Positions 53,751-64,000 of a stretch of DNA of 64,000 bases are shown piece by piece. The notes under the pieces are model-generated. The model saw nothing but the letters and a program-made list of their open reading frames with translations, was not told the origin of the DNA and made no database searches. The first letter of the stretch is position 1, and each line of letters opens with the position of its first letter. The DNA is taken from contig JBBRTC010000004.1 of NCBI GenBank assembly GCA_038244765.1, forward strand, positions 6,760 through 70,759, given 5' to 3'. The position numbers and the translations under genes are program-made. The stretch is from Candidatus Nanopelagicales bacterium (GTDB lineage Bacteria; Actinomycetota; Actinomycetes; S36-B12; JBBRLC01).

Positions 53751-55012
53751 CCCACGACTCGGTACCGACTTACCCCATCACCTTGGACCTCGGTGGTCGA
53801 CGGTGCCTTGTCGTCGGTGGTGGCCCCGTTGCCGCAAGACGGGTACGCGGTTTGGTCGACTCCAGTGCGGCCGTCGAAGTGGTCTCGCCCTGGTTATGTG
53901 AGGAACTAACGGGGTTGTTGGAACTCGGGCTCATTCGCTGGCATGCGCGCGAATATGTCGATGGCGACGTTGATGGCATGTGGATTGTGCACACAGCCAC
54001 GGGTGATGTTGATGTTGACGCCGCCGTCGCGTCGGCCTGCGATTGGTCGCGTATTTGGTGTGTACGCGCGGATAGTGCAGGAGATTCTCGGGCGTGGACT
54101 CCGGCGAGTGCCCGTGCGGCCGACGGCGTCATAGTGGCCGTCTCCGGAGGTGGCGACCCCGGACGAGCTCGCGCAATCAGAGATGCGATTGCAGCGTCGC
54201 TGGACAGCGGAGAACTACCCGTGCGACGTACGCGCCTGCACGCGACGGACTCCAATTCCGTTGGCGTCGTCCACCTCGTGGGAGGTGGACCTGGGCATCC
54301 CGACCTGATCACAACACGCGGTCGTCGGCTGCTGGCGCTAGCCGACGTCGTTGTCGTCGACAGGCTCGCGCCGACCGAGCTTCTCGATGAACTCGCCGAC
54401 GATGTAATCGTGGTTGACGTGGGTAAAACTCCGGGTCGTCACACGATGACTCAAGAGGAGATCAACGATGTCCTCGTGCACCACGCGTCATTGGGTCGCG
54501 ATGTGGTGCGGCTTAAAGGTGGGGACCCCTTCGTCCTCGGCCGCGGTGGCGAGGAGCTTCTCGCGTGTCAACGTGCGGGTGTCCCGGTTGAAGTGGTGCC
54601 CGGCGTCACCAGCGCGGTGTCTGTCCCGGCGGCGGCCGGAATACCAGTGACCCACCGCGGCATCGCCTCGTCTTTTGCGGTCATTTCCGCACATGATGGG
54701 ATTGACGCTATCTCTGCGACCGTGAGTGAGCTCCCGGCAACCATGACATTAGTGATGTTGATGGGCGTACGACTGCTGTGCGAATCCGCTGAGGTACTCA
54801 TGTCCTCCGGGCGTGACCCGTCGACTCCGGTTGCCATCATCGAATCAGGTTGGACCGAGCACCAGCGCACCACGGTCGGCACCCTCGCCACCATCGCCAG
54901 GTTGGCCAAGCAGCGCGACATCCAGTCGCCTGCCGTCATCGTTGTCGGTGACGTAGTCCACGCGATCAACGACCCTCTCGTCGTCAGCGATCTGGAGTTT
55001 GCCCGCGCATGA
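53747..55012 (+). CDS. cysG: Siroheme synthase / uroporphyrinogen-III C-methyltransferase
   Basis: LVVGGGPVA, VGGGPG, RLKGGDP..GRGGEE, PGVTS; GTG overlaps the permease stop. Confidence 0.9.
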   Translation: MTHDSVPTYPITLDLGGRRCLVVGGGPVAARRVRGLVDSSAAVEVVSPWLCEELTGLLELGLIRWHAREYVDGDVDGMWIVHTATGDVDVDAAVASACDWSRIWCVRADSAGDSRAWTPASARAADGVIVAVSGGGDPGRARAIRDAIAASLDSGELPVRRTRLHATDSNSVGVVHLVGGGPGHPDLITTRGRRLLALADVVVVDRLAPTELLDELADDVIVVDVGKTPGRHTMTQEEINDVLVHHASLGRDVVRLKGGDPFVLGRGGEELLACQRAGVPVEVVPGVTSAVSVPAAAGIPVTHRGIASSFAVISAHDGIDAISATVSELPATMTLVMLMGVRLLCESAEVLMSSGRDPSTPVAIIESGWTEHQRTTVGTLATIARLAKQRDIQSPAVIVVGDVVHAINDPLVVSDLEFARA

Positions 55013-55746
55013 GCAAGATCGACGGCGAGCGGGCCGTCATCCTGCTTGCGCACGGGTCGCCCGACCCTCGCCACCGAGCCGGCGTCGAACGTCTAGTACG
55101 CCGAATCGAATCGTTAACGACCGCTCGTGAATCCCGCGAACTCGTCGCGGTCGCCTATCTGGATCACCATCCGCCTTGCGTGACCGACGTCGTGGCCGCA
55201 CTTGCCGATCGGGGCGTACGCGAGGCGATAGTCGTCCCGCTTTTGGTTACGGCTGGTTTCCACGCTCGAGTCGATGTGACAAGTGCCGTATCCGAAATCC
55301 ACGAGGGCACCCCGGGCTGCGAGGTCTCGTTGGCCGAGCCGTTCGCCACTAGCTCGTACTTCTCAGATGCCATCGCCGAACTCATCGAACGCGCCGGGGT
55401 CCCCGACGACGAACTAGCGGGAGTACTAGTTCTTGGTGCAGGAGCGAAGAACCCGACGGCGCTCGCTCCATTTGAGCGCGCGGCGGGAGTGGTTTCCCAC
55501 GCACACAACTACTTCGCATTCGCCGCCTTCATCGATGGCGATCCCTCCCCTGCCAAGGCCGAATCTGCTCTCATCAATGCTGGCTGTCGTCGTCCTTTCT
55601 TCGCGATCACTGCTGTCGTCTCGGAAGGCATCTTCTTCGACCGCATGGCCCACTCTGCGACCAGGAGTGGCGCCCAGCAGATCGAAGGAACGTTGGTCGA
55701 CACTGACGCACTTGCGAAATTCGCCCTCGAGGCCCGGTACGCGTAA
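55009..55746 (+). CDS. Sirohydrochlorin chelatase (SirB/CbiX family)
   Basis: LAHGSPDP, AYLD, VPLLVTAGFH. Confidence 0.8.
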   Translation: MSKIDGERAVILLAHGSPDPRHRAGVERLVRRIESLTTARESRELVAVAYLDHHPPCVTDVVAALADRGVREAIVVPLLVTAGFHARVDVTSAVSEIHEGTPGCEVSLAEPFATSSYFSDAIAELIERAGVPDDELAGVLVLGAGAKNPTALAPFERAAGVVSHAHNYFAFAAFIDGDPSPAKAESALINAGCRRPFFAITAVVSEGIFFDRMAHSATRSGAQQIEGTLVDTDALAKFALEARYA

Positions 55747-55836
55747 CCTCACGCTGAAACGCGCGGATTCGTGAGCACCAGAGTTCTACCGCCACTCAAC
55801 TCCGGTCTTGGTTGACAGCCGGACGATATTGGGACG

Positions 55837-56727
55837 ATGAACGGCATTCGATTCTGCGCGTATGAGTATCAGCACCACTCCATCGACGTCCTTAGTGAGC
55901 ACTGGAGATTCGCCGAGGAGTTGGGCTTCGACGTCGTCTGGAATTGCGACACCATGGTGGAACCCGATCGCGATCATCACGTGATGTACGACGGACCAAC
56001 CACTCTCGCACTCATGGCCAGCGCTACCTCCAAAATCCGAATCGGCACCCTCGTCAGCAGTCTCTACTTCCGGCATCCCGTCACTCTGGCCAAGGCATCG
56101 ATGACCTTGGACCAAGCAAGCCACGGTCGACTCGAAATCGCCTTGGGGGTGGGGGATCCTTCAGCGGGGGCAGCAGCGATCGGCAACACGTGGACTACTG
56201 GCGAACAGGTGGCTCGTTTTCGAGAGTTTGTAGAACTCACAAGTCTCCTCCTAAGCCAAACCGAGACGACGTACAGCGGTACCTACTACCAATGCACCGG
56301 TGCTCAAACGATTCCCTTACCCATTCAGCAACCTCGGCCTCCTATCACGATCGCTGCCCACGGACCAAGGATGCTCGAGATCGCAGCCACGTTTGCTGAC
56401 GGTTGGAGTTCTTGGGGTGGGTACGAAGTCGCCACGGAAGACGACTTCTACCGAGTCACGAGGGAACGGGTGGCACGATTTGACGAGTTGTGCGTCGGTC
56501 GGGATCGCGATCCACGGTCGATACGCCACTCGCTGGTTTGCTTTCCTCCACTAACTCCGTGGGAGTCCGTGGAGTACTTCCAGGACATGGTCGGGCGATT
56601 TATCGAACTTGGAATTGACGAGTTCGTCCTCTACTGGCCGAACTCGTGGCGAGAACTACCTGGCGAGGAAGATGTCTTTGCTCAAATCGCCACAGACATC
56701 ATTCCGATGATGCGCTCGATGAAATGA
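55837..56727 (+). CDS. LLM-class flavin-dependent oxidoreductase
   Basis: AEELGFD, RIGTLVS, RHPVTLAK, GRLEIALG. Confidence 0.88.
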   Translation: MNGIRFCAYEYQHHSIDVLSEHWRFAEELGFDVVWNCDTMVEPDRDHHVMYDGPTTLALMASATSKIRIGTLVSSLYFRHPVTLAKASMTLDQASHGRLEIALGVGDPSAGAAAIGNTWTTGEQVARFREFVELTSLLLSQTETTYSGTYYQCTGAQTIPLPIQQPRPPITIAAHGPRMLEIAATFADGWSSWGGYEVATEDDFYRVTRERVARFDELCVGRDRDPRSIRHSLVCFPPLTPWESVEYFQDMVGRFIELGIDEFVLYWPNSWRELPGEEDVFAQIATDIIPMMRSMK

Positions 56728-56788
56728 ATGAACCGTTCGTTCAATAGAGCCTGACGGAACTCCCTTTCACGCGGAAAAGGGGGAGGGG

Positions 56789-58012
56789 TCACTTTTCGCG
56801 CTGAATTCCTTTGTTGCGCAGCGCTTTCAGCGCAGATTGGTCTTGGACATCGAGCCACTTCGCCACGTCGATGAATGGCACGAACTGTACGTCCGGGCAT
56901 ACCTGGCGGGAGGTGTCGACAAAACGGGTGAGTGCATTCGTATAGGCATCGTTGACCCAGGTATTCAGGTGATTTCCGATATTCAGCGGCGCTCGATTCC
57001 CGTCGCACACCGAATGCAAGGCGTTCATATATGAGGCGTACGCCGAATCCTCGACTCGCTTAGACACAGCGGCCGTCGCCTTATTTGAGCACCTGTTCTG
57101 CTGGCACATGAAGTTGTAGTCCATCGACAACGCGCGTTTATTGAACCCGACAACGTCGATGAGTTGCAGCGGGAACTCCCACAACGTGGTGTGCTTGATT
57201 CGGATCGGCCACTCGAGTTCGCCAGCTGAAGATGCGTCGTACTTGAATCCGAACTTTGTCCAAACCGGCCACATCTGATTGCGATGACCTTCAAGGCACG
57301 GGGTTCGAATTCCCTTGATCGTCGATGCGTTGAACGGCAGATCGGGTACGCCCTTTGATAGTGCCGGATTGATCTTGTCGAGGTTCGCGCGCCAGTTGTC
57401 CAAGAAGGAGTAAGCCTGTGACATCTCGCTCGTCCACGCTGCGCTGTTCCATGTCTTGACGCCGGTGGGGCCACAGAAGTGGCCGAGAGCGTGAGTGCCG
57501 ATCTCGTGGCCCTTGAGGTAGGCCGCGGAAAGGTTGCGGATCCGTCCAGGAATCAGAGGAGCTTCGGCGAATCCAATCGCCGACGAGCCGGGTAGCTTCC
57601 CTGGGGGGCGGTACTGGAATCGATCCTTGTCGCCGAGCAAACAAAGTCCGGAGAGGAACCAGGTAAAACGGGCTTGGTTGCGATCTGCGACCTGCATGAA
57701 GTGGTTGAAGAGTTCGTCCTTACAGGCACCATCAAAGGACATGACCACGAACTGAGGCGGCTTCTCTCCTGGCTTGAGTTTGGTCACCGAGAAAGCCGGC
57801 TGAGGCTTGTTGGCGGATGGATCTGGCATTGGGATGGTTTGTGATGGGGTTCCAGCACTCGATACCACCCCCGAAGGGAGTTGCGATCCGGTGCTCGGCG
57901 ATGTTGTGGGTACCCCCACGGAGATTCCGGCCGGGGCCGCACCCAATTTCAGGACGACCAGCACCGAGAGACACAGCGCGACCACCAAGGGGACGATCAG
58001 CCGCCACCGCAT
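56789..58012 (-). CDS. Secreted polysaccharide deacetylase-like protein
   Basis: N-terminal TM, KPPQFVVMSFDG, GHEIGTH, GIRTPCL, SMDYNF, GNRAP..GNH. Confidence 0.8.
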   Translation of the reverse strand: MRWRLIVPLVVALCLSVLVVLKLGAAPAGISVGVPTTSPSTGSQLPSGVVSSAGTPSQTIPMPDPSANKPQPAFSVTKLKPGEKPPQFVVMSFDGACKDELFNHFMQVADRNQARFTWFLSGLCLLGDKDRFQYRPPGKLPGSSAIGFAEAPLIPGRIRNLSAAYLKGHEIGTHALGHFCGPTGVKTWNSAAWTSEMSQAYSFLDNWRANLDKINPALSKGVPDLPFNASTIKGIRTPCLEGHRNQMWPVWTKFGFKYDASSAGELEWPIRIKHTTLWEFPLQLIDVVGFNKRALSMDYNFMCQQNRCSNKATAAVSKRVEDSAYASYMNALHSVCDGNRAPLNIGNHLNTWVNDAYTNALTRFVDTSRQVCPDVQFVPFIDVAKWLDVQDQSALKALRNKGIQREK

Positions 58013-58184
58013 TGAGACTCCCGGGCTTCATCGATGCGAAAGCGGCGCTCTTGGGTGCGCGCCGATTCAGTCTCGCGTGGGGATGCTACCTAGGCACTTC
58101 TGCCCGCGCACTCATTGAAGCCACAACTGAGCCCGTCCACGCGGCGCATGGTCGATAACTGGGCGGGTCGATACGTAACAGTGA

Positions 58185-59084
58185 TTACCGAGTCGTGGAG
58201 ACGGCAGTCGCAAGCAGAGACGCGACACGATCGTCGTCAACGGTGTCAAAGAACGCCCCGACGACATCTTCGACTTCCTGCCAGGACTTGGCCCCGAAAA
58301 GGATGGGTTGGTAGTGCGTGATGTCGTACGTCTGGGTGCCCATGTGGCCAAGATCGAGGGGACGGATGTCGGCGCGGACAAACTCTTCGATTTCCCCGTA
58401 CGACGAGAGCAGGCCAGCGCCGTATGCCTTCCAACCATCTGGTTCTTCGACTACGCCAAATTCCAATGAGAACCAGAACACCTTCGACACAAACTCAAGC
58501 GCATCCATCGACTCAACCCGTCGCGCGGCTTGACCAGCGGCGACGTAGAGGTTCGCGAACTTCGGAGACGCGAGAGTCGTGGCATGCCCAATCACTTCGT
58601 GAATGACATCCGGCTCGGGCGTATAGAGCGGCACCGAATAGTGGCGAATGTATTGAGTCGACCAAAAATCGCGATCGGCGAGCGCGCCGTAGAAATCACG
58701 AAGCGGCACGAGCCCTGCGGCGGGGAGGTAGGTAAACCCCGTCAGGGGCCCGAGGGCCTCAGTGACTTCTTCTAGTTGTGGAATGCGATCAGTCGGAAGG
58801 TGTAGGACCGCACCACCTTCGCGCGCAGCGCGACACGCGAGTCGTGCGTGCTTCACCTTCAACTCAGCAGAGACAACGCGCCACACATCGTGCTCTTCAT
58901 CAGTGTATGCGGCACGGGGTGTCGGTCGGCCGGGCTGCCAATCCAGCGCGAGGGCGGCGATTTGGTTGCGACGTGCCCGGTAGTCGAGGTCGTCGATGCC
59001 TGGATGGTCTGCTGCCAGTTCGACGACGACCTCGCCGTCGTCGTTGGTGACAACCGGGGCGTAGACCTGGCCTTCCTCGAACAC
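58185..59084 (-). CDS. phhA: Phenylalanine 4-monooxygenase
   Basis: DHPG..D..YR.RR, TQYIRH, YTPEPDVIHEVIGH, EFG, AYGAGLLSSYGE. Confidence 0.9.
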   Translation of the reverse strand: MFEEGQVYAPVVTNDDGEVVVELAADHPGIDDLDYRARRNQIAALALDWQPGRPTPRAAYTDEEHDVWRVVSAELKVKHARLACRAAREGGAVLHLPTDRIPQLEEVTEALGPLTGFTYLPAAGLVPLRDFYGALADRDFWSTQYIRHYSVPLYTPEPDVIHEVIGHATTLASPKFANLYVAAGQAARRVESMDALEFVSKVFWFSLEFGVVEEPDGWKAYGAGLLSSYGEIEEFVRADIRPLDLGHMGTQTYDITHYQPILFGAKSWQEVEDVVGAFFDTVDDDRVASLLATAVSTTR

Positions 59085-59260
59085 CGAATCACCCTTCTGG
59101 CGGTTTGACTGCACCTAAGTAGGCATCGCCCCATCGGGTACTTCAACGAATCATCAGCAAGTCAGGCAGATTGCCCAGTTCGACCTCGCCATCCACCGTG
59201 ATCCGCGTCAGCCTGCGCAAGAAGCCTGACCTCTTGAGCCCGACCGCATACGGTGTTCGG

Positions 59261-59731
59261 GTGACTGAAAGAGAGCCCAACGAGCGCCGGTCCACGTCGA
59301 CGGGGTCCAGTTCTGGGTATTCGGGCACGCCGCTTCCCGAGAAACTTGGGATCAAACCAGGCCATCGGATTCTCCTTGATGGCGCGCCAGATTTTTTTGA
59401 AACTGACTTACTGACCCCACTTCCCAACGGGGTGACCGTCCACCGCCGAGCCGCACGCAACGTGGCGACACAACCGTACGACCTGATCGTAGCGTTCCGT
59501 GGTTCGAAGCACGACTACGTGTCGCGACTTAGGCGAGATATCAGTCGGATAACCAAGTCCGGCGCGCTATGGATCGCGTGGCCGAAGAAGGCGAGCGGAG
59601 TTGCAACCGATCTGACCGAGAATGCCGTACGCGAAAACGCACTCGGTGCCGGGGTGGTCGACGTCAAGGTGTGCGCAATCGATGCGACCTGGAGTGGCTT
59701 GAAGTTGGTGTACCGACTCAAGGACAGATAG
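59261..59731 (+). CDS. DUF3052-like protein
   Basis: GYSGTPL..KLGIK, LWIAWPKK, VDVKVCAID.TWSGLK. Confidence 0.8.
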   Translation: MTEREPNERRSTSTGSSSGYSGTPLPEKLGIKPGHRILLDGAPDFFETDLLTPLPNGVTVHRRAARNVATQPYDLIVAFRGSKHDYVSRLRRDISRITKSGALWIAWPKKASGVATDLTENAVRENALGAGVVDVKVCAIDATWSGLKLVYRLKDR

Positions 59732-59758
59732 GTCTGGACTGAGTGACAAGATCACCGC

Positions 59759-60664
59759 ATGACCACTGGCACGAACATTGAAGTCCGAGGCCTGACGAAA
59801 ACGTTCGGCGACGTTCATGCCGTGGAGGACCTGTCATTTGACGTTGCTCCCGGGCGCGTGACTGGCTTCCTCGGACCTAATGGATCTGGCAAGACCACCA
59901 CTCTGCGCTGTCTGCTGGGCCTGGTGAAACCGACCGCCGGTCTCGCAACCATTGGTGGCAAGAAATACGCCGCGATCAACAACCCCACGACGGAAGTGGG
60001 CGCCGCACTCGAAGCGACCGGCTTTCATCCGGGTCGTACGGCGCGCAACCACCTTCGCGTTGTCGCCGCCGCCGCACAACTGCCGACGAAGCGCGTCGAC
60101 GAGGTCCTGGCACTCGTGGGACTCGCCCAGGACGGCGGGCGTCGCGTCGGTGGGTATTCACTCGGGATGCGACAGCGCCTACAACTCGCCATGACACTGC
60201 TCGGTGATCCAGGCGTGGTCGTTCTGGATGAACCGGCAAATGGTCTGGATCCCGGTGGGATCGCGTGGCTTCGCGCCTTTCTAAGATCGCTTGCTGCCGA
60301 GGGGCGAACTGTTCTCGTTTCCTCACACGTACTCAGCGAAGTCGAGCAGACCGTCGATGACGTGATCATCATTGCCAAGGGTCGTCTAGTGCGCGCTTGC
60401 ACTCTCGATGAGCTCACGAGTTCGCGAACGTCCGCGGTCATTGTCCGCAGCCCAGACGCCCAACGCCTCGCGGCAATCCTGACGAGCGAGTTCGCCGCAC
60501 GCGTGACCGAATCCGATGGAGTGCTGTCCATTGAGGGACTGAGCGCCAAGGAGATCGGACGCGCGGCCTACGGCTACTCAGTTGAACTGCACGAACTGCG
60601 CGACGACCGAGCCGATCTAGAAGAGATCTTCCTTCAACTCACTGATGGGCAGTCCGGATCATGA
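59759..60664 (+). CDS. ABC-2 type transporter ATP-binding protein
   Basis: GPNGSGKT, YSLGMRQR, LDEPANGLDP. Confidence 0.92.
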   Translation: MTTGTNIEVRGLTKTFGDVHAVEDLSFDVAPGRVTGFLGPNGSGKTTTLRCLLGLVKPTAGLATIGGKKYAAINNPTTEVGAALEATGFHPGRTARNHLRVVAAAAQLPTKRVDEVLALVGLAQDGGRRVGGYSLGMRQRLQLAMTLLGDPGVVVLDEPANGLDPGGIAWLRAFLRSLAAEGRTVLVSSHVLSEVEQTVDDVIIIAKGRLVRACTLDELTSSRTSAVIVRSPDAQRLAAILTSEFAARVTESDGVLSIEGLSAKEIGRAAYGYSVELHELRDDRADLEEIFLQLTDGQSGS

Positions 60665-61422
60665 TCGGAGCAGTGAGAGCTGAGTTCCTGAAACTCCGCA
60701 CGATCCGCACGACCTACGGACTCTTACTCGGCGTCGTCGCTTTGGTCTCACTTCAGGTGATCAGCAGCATCCTCACCGCCGGTATCAACGACGGAGCACG
60801 AGGATTAACCGACGCATCCGTTGCCCGAAGCGTGTGGAGTTCCTCGGGTTCGGCCACGATTCTTGTGCTCACCATCGGCATCATCATGATGACCTCGGAA
60901 TACCGGCACATGACCATCACGTCCACGTTCCTGGCAACACCCATCCGTGGTCGGGTACTTGCCGCCAAGATGTTCGCAGCCGCGGTCGCTGGATTGCTCA
61001 CCGGGCTGCTCTGTGTGCTGTTGGTGCTGGGTGTCGCATCGGCACTGCTCGCCACGAGAGAGCACGCGGTGGTCGCCAACTCAACAATCGCCGCGATCAG
61101 CGGTGGGGCGATCCTGGCGTACACCATCTACGCAGTCCTGGGGGTGGCCGTCGGCGCCCTCATCCGCATCCAGCCACTGGCCATCATGGTGTCGGTCGTC
61201 TACGTGTTTATCGCCGAGCCACTTATCGCGGCGCTGCTTCCACGAATTGGGCGTTGGTTGCCCGGCGGGGCTACCAACGCGATCTTGCAGAACGTTGGAT
61301 TTGGCAACTTCACTGAGAGCGACTACTTGCCGGTCGGTGGGGCGGCACTGCTGCTCGTCGGGTACGGCGTCGTGTTCGCTGTCATTGCGAGTCGTACCAC
61401 TCTGCGACGAGACATCACCTAA
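60661..61422 (+). CDS. ABC-2 type transporter permease
   Basis: AEFLKLRT, SEYRH.T, six TM, RRDIT. Confidence 0.88.
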   Translation: MIGAVRAEFLKLRTIRTTYGLLLGVVALVSLQVISSILTAGINDGARGLTDASVARSVWSSSGSATILVLTIGIIMMTSEYRHMTITSTFLATPIRGRVLAAKMFAAAVAGLLTGLLCVLLVLGVASALLATREHAVVANSTIAAISGGAILAYTIYAVLGVAVGALIRIQPLAIMVSVVYVFIAEPLIAALLPRIGRWLPGGATNAILQNVGFGNFTESDYLPVGGAALLLVGYGVVFAVIASRTTLRRDIT

Positions 61423-61568
61423 CTGGCCAGGCGCTCCCACTCGCGGAGCCCGTCGCGGCCTCACCTGAACGCCGCCCCGATTTGGGCGGCGGATAGTCTG
61501 AGCAGTCCCGATTGCGCAACCTGTCGCGCAGTTCGCTCTTTGACCGACACCGCCGAAAGGGTCGCCCG

Positions 61569-64000
61569 GTGACCTCCGAGCCGCAGGATCAGCAGGCCAA
61601 CTTCGGAGCCAATGAATGGCTCGTGGACGAGTTGTATCAGCAGTATCTGCAGGACAAATCAACGGTGGATCCAGCCTGGTGGGACTTCTTCGAGGACTAC
61701 CAGCCCACTGACATGGGTGCCGCGAGAGCCGCGGAAACGGTCGAGGCAGTCGGTCAAGCCGCAGCCCTAGCCGCCCCCCCGACCCCTGCGCCCACCGCCA
61801 CTCCCCCGACTTTGCGGGAGGAGGGTGCCCCTCGGGTCCCGGGTGGTCCGACATCCTCGGCCCCGGTTCCGGCGGCAGCACCGAAGGAAACGGTTACCCC
61901 AGCCGCGACGCCGAATTCAGAGACGTTCCCGATCAAGGGAACAGCGTCACGCGTCGTGACCAACATGGAAGCAAGTCTCGCGGTCCCCACCGCAACCAGC
62001 GTCCGCGCAGTTCCCGCCAAGCTCCTCATCGACCAGCGCGTCGTGATCAACAACCACCTCGCACGGTCGCGCGGCGGCAAAGTCTCCTTCACCCATGTCA
62101 TCGGGTACGCCGTGGTGCGCGCACTACACGCGATGCCAGAGATGAACGTCGCGTATACCGAGATTGACGGCAAGCCAGCGATCATTAAGCACCAACACAT
62201 TGGGCTGGGCCTCGCAATTGATCTCCCCAAGCCGGATGGCACACGCCAACTGCTCGTTCCGAGTATTCGCGGGGCCGAGTCGATGGACTTCGCGATGTTC
62301 TGGGCAACGTACGAGGATCTCGTGCGCAAGGCCCGCGCCAACAAACTCACCGTCGATGACTTCGCCGGCACGACCATCAGCCTCACCAACCCGGGGACGA
62401 TTGGCACCGTTCATTCGGTCCCACGTCTCATGGTGGGACAAGGCGTCATCATCGGGGTTGGCGCCCTGGACTACCCCGCAGAGTGGCAAGGCGCCGCGCC
62501 GGAAACCATTGCCCGACATGCGATTAGCAAGATTCTCACCCTGACGTCGACGTACGACCACCGCATCATCCAAGGCGCACAGTCCGGTGACTTCCTGCGG
62601 CGGGTTCATGGACTACTGCTCGGTGAATACGACTTTTACGACGAAATCTTCCGTTCCCTGCGAATCCCGTACGAGCCCATTCGTTGGGCCTCGGACATCG
62701 CGACGTCGCACGACGACGACATCGACAAGACCGCACGAGTCCACGAATTGATTCATGCGTTTCGGGTCCGGGGTCACCTGATGGCCGACACCGACCCGTT
62801 GGAGTATCACCAACGCCGCCACATCGACCTCGATACGTCGTCGCACGGTTTGACCCTGTGGGACCTTGATCGCGAGTTCGCCACTGGTGGTTTTGGCGGG
62901 AAGCCGTTCATGAAGTTGCGCGACATCCTGGGCGTACTTCGCGGCGCGTACTGCCGGACAATTGGCGTCGAATACATGCACATCCAGGATCCCGAACAAC
63001 GCCGGTGGATCCAAGAACGCGTCGAGGTTCCACAGACGAAGATCGAAGCAGTAGAGCAACTGCGCATCCTTCGCAAACTGAATGCGGCAGAAGCGTTTGA
63101 GTCGTTCTTGCAGACTAAGTACGTCGGTCAGAAGCGATTCTCGCTTGAGGGTGGCGAGTCAGTTATCCCACTGCTCGACGCGATCCTCAGCGACGCCGCG
63201 GAGGCTGGGCTCGACGAAGTGTGCATTGGCATGCCTCACCGCGGTCGCCTCAACGTGTTGGCCAACATCGCCGGCAAGTCCTACACCCAGATCTTCCGCG
63301 AGTTCGAAGGAAACTACGAGGTTGAGGGGTCGGTTCAAGGCTCGGGGGATGTGAAATACCACCTGGGGACCGAGGGCACGTTCACCGCCGACTCTGGCGC
63401 CGAGTGCAAGGTATATCTGGCTGCGAATCCGTCGCATCTTGAAGCGGTGAACCCGGTGCTTGAGGGTATCGTCCGCGCGAAACAAGACATGCTCGACAAG
63501 AAGATGGCGTTCTCGGTGCTGCCGATCTTGATGCATGGGGACGCCGCTTTCGCGGGCCAAGGCGTCGTGACCGAGACACTGAACTTGTCCCAACTCCGCG
63601 GCTACCGCACTGGTGGCACCATGCATGTCGTCGTCAACAACCAGGTGGGTTTCACGACGGCACCCGAGGCGAGTCGTTCAAGCGTCTACTGCACCGACGT
63701 AGCGCGGATGGTGCAAGCACCGATTTTCCACGTGAATGGTGACGACCCTGAAGCCGTCGTACGCGTCGCCGCCCTCGCCTTTGATTTTCGGCAGGCGTTC
63801 AACAAGGACGTCGTAGTCGACATGTTGTGCTATCGACGCCGCGGACACAACGAAGCCGATGACCCCTCGCTGACTCAACCCATGATGTACGAACTGATTG
63901 ACAAGAAGCGCTCCGCTCGCAAGCTCTACACGGAGGCACTAATCGGCCGCGGTGACATCACCGTGGAGGAAGCAGAGCAAGCCCTCAAACACTATTCCGA
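61569..64000 (+). CDS. kgd: Multifunctional 2-oxoglutarate decarboxylase/dehydrogenase (E2 catalytic domain + E1); runs off the right edge, absent from the ORF track
   Basis: Own translation: [54 protein letters not shown]. Confidence 0.95.
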   Translation, partial: MTSEPQDQQANFGANEWLVDELYQQYLQDKSTVDPAWWDFFEDYQPTDMGAARAAETVEAVGQAAALAAPPTPAPTATPPTLREEGAPRVPGGPTSSAPVPAAAPKETVTPAATPNSETFPIKGTASRVVTNMEASLAVPTATSVRAVPAKLLIDQRVVINNHLARSRGGKVSFTHVIGYAVVRALHAMPEMNVAYTEIDGKPAIIKHQHIGLGLAIDLPKPDGTRQLLVPSIRGAESMDFAMFWATYEDLVRKARANKLTVDDFAGTTISLTNPGTIGTVHSVPRLMVGQGVIIGVGALDYPAEWQGAAPETIARHAISKILTLTSTYDHRIIQGAQSGDFLRRVHGLLLGEYDFYDEIFRSLRIPYEPIRWASDIATSHDDDIDKTARVHELIHAFRVRGHLMADTDPLEYHQRRHIDLDTSSHGLTLWDLDREFATGGFGGKPFMKLRDILGVLRGAYCRTIGVEYMHIQDPEQRRWIQERVEVPQTKIEAVEQLRILRKLNAAEAFESFLQTKYVGQKRFSLEGGESVIPLLDAILSDAAEAGLDEVCIGMPHRGRLNVLANIAGKSYTQIFREFEGNYEVEGSVQGSGDVKYHLGTEGTFTADSGAECKVYLAANPSHLEAVNPVLEGIVRAKQDMLDKKMAFSVLPILMHGDAAFAGQGVVTETLNLSQLRGYRTGGTMHVVVNNQVGFTTAPEASRSSVYCTDVARMVQAPIFHVNGDDPEAVVRVAALAFDFRQAFNKDVVVDMLCYRRRGHNEADDPSLTQPMMYELIDKKRSARKLYTEALIGRGDITVEEAEQALKHYS

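Overview
High-GC actinobacterial chromosomal window. The backbone is the conserved block tRNA-Arg/argS-lysA-hom-thrC-thrB-rho-rpmE-prfA-prmC-sua5-glyA-wecA-atp operon (minus strand). After it come cell-envelope genes (class A PBP, L,D-transpeptidase, M14 peptidase), a sulfate-assimilation operon (leader peptide, sir, cysH, cysD, cysN, ABC transporter, cysG, sirB), phhA and the start of kgd/sucA. The most interesting part is a ~9.7 kb insertion between rho and rpmE with two convergent cell-surface modules. (i) A TasA-like fibre subunit plus a SipW-type signal peptidase fused to its own apparent substrate (internal SipW signal + LamG domain). (ii) A tightly coupled 7-gene operon with a minimal exosortase/archaeosortase-family protein, a single candidate target carrying a C-terminal sorting signal, a PIG-L deacetylase, a processive GT2, a membrane-anchored ATP-grasp ligase, a UDP-GlcNAc 2-epimerase and a HAD hydrolase. 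Both modules are preceded by the same CTCAAG-N14-GCCGA(T/A) sigma-28/WhiG-type promoter motif. atpD has a single in-frame TAG, probably an error. No CRISPR array, rRNA, integrase or transposase was recognised. All calls come from motif recognition by eye; no searches were run.
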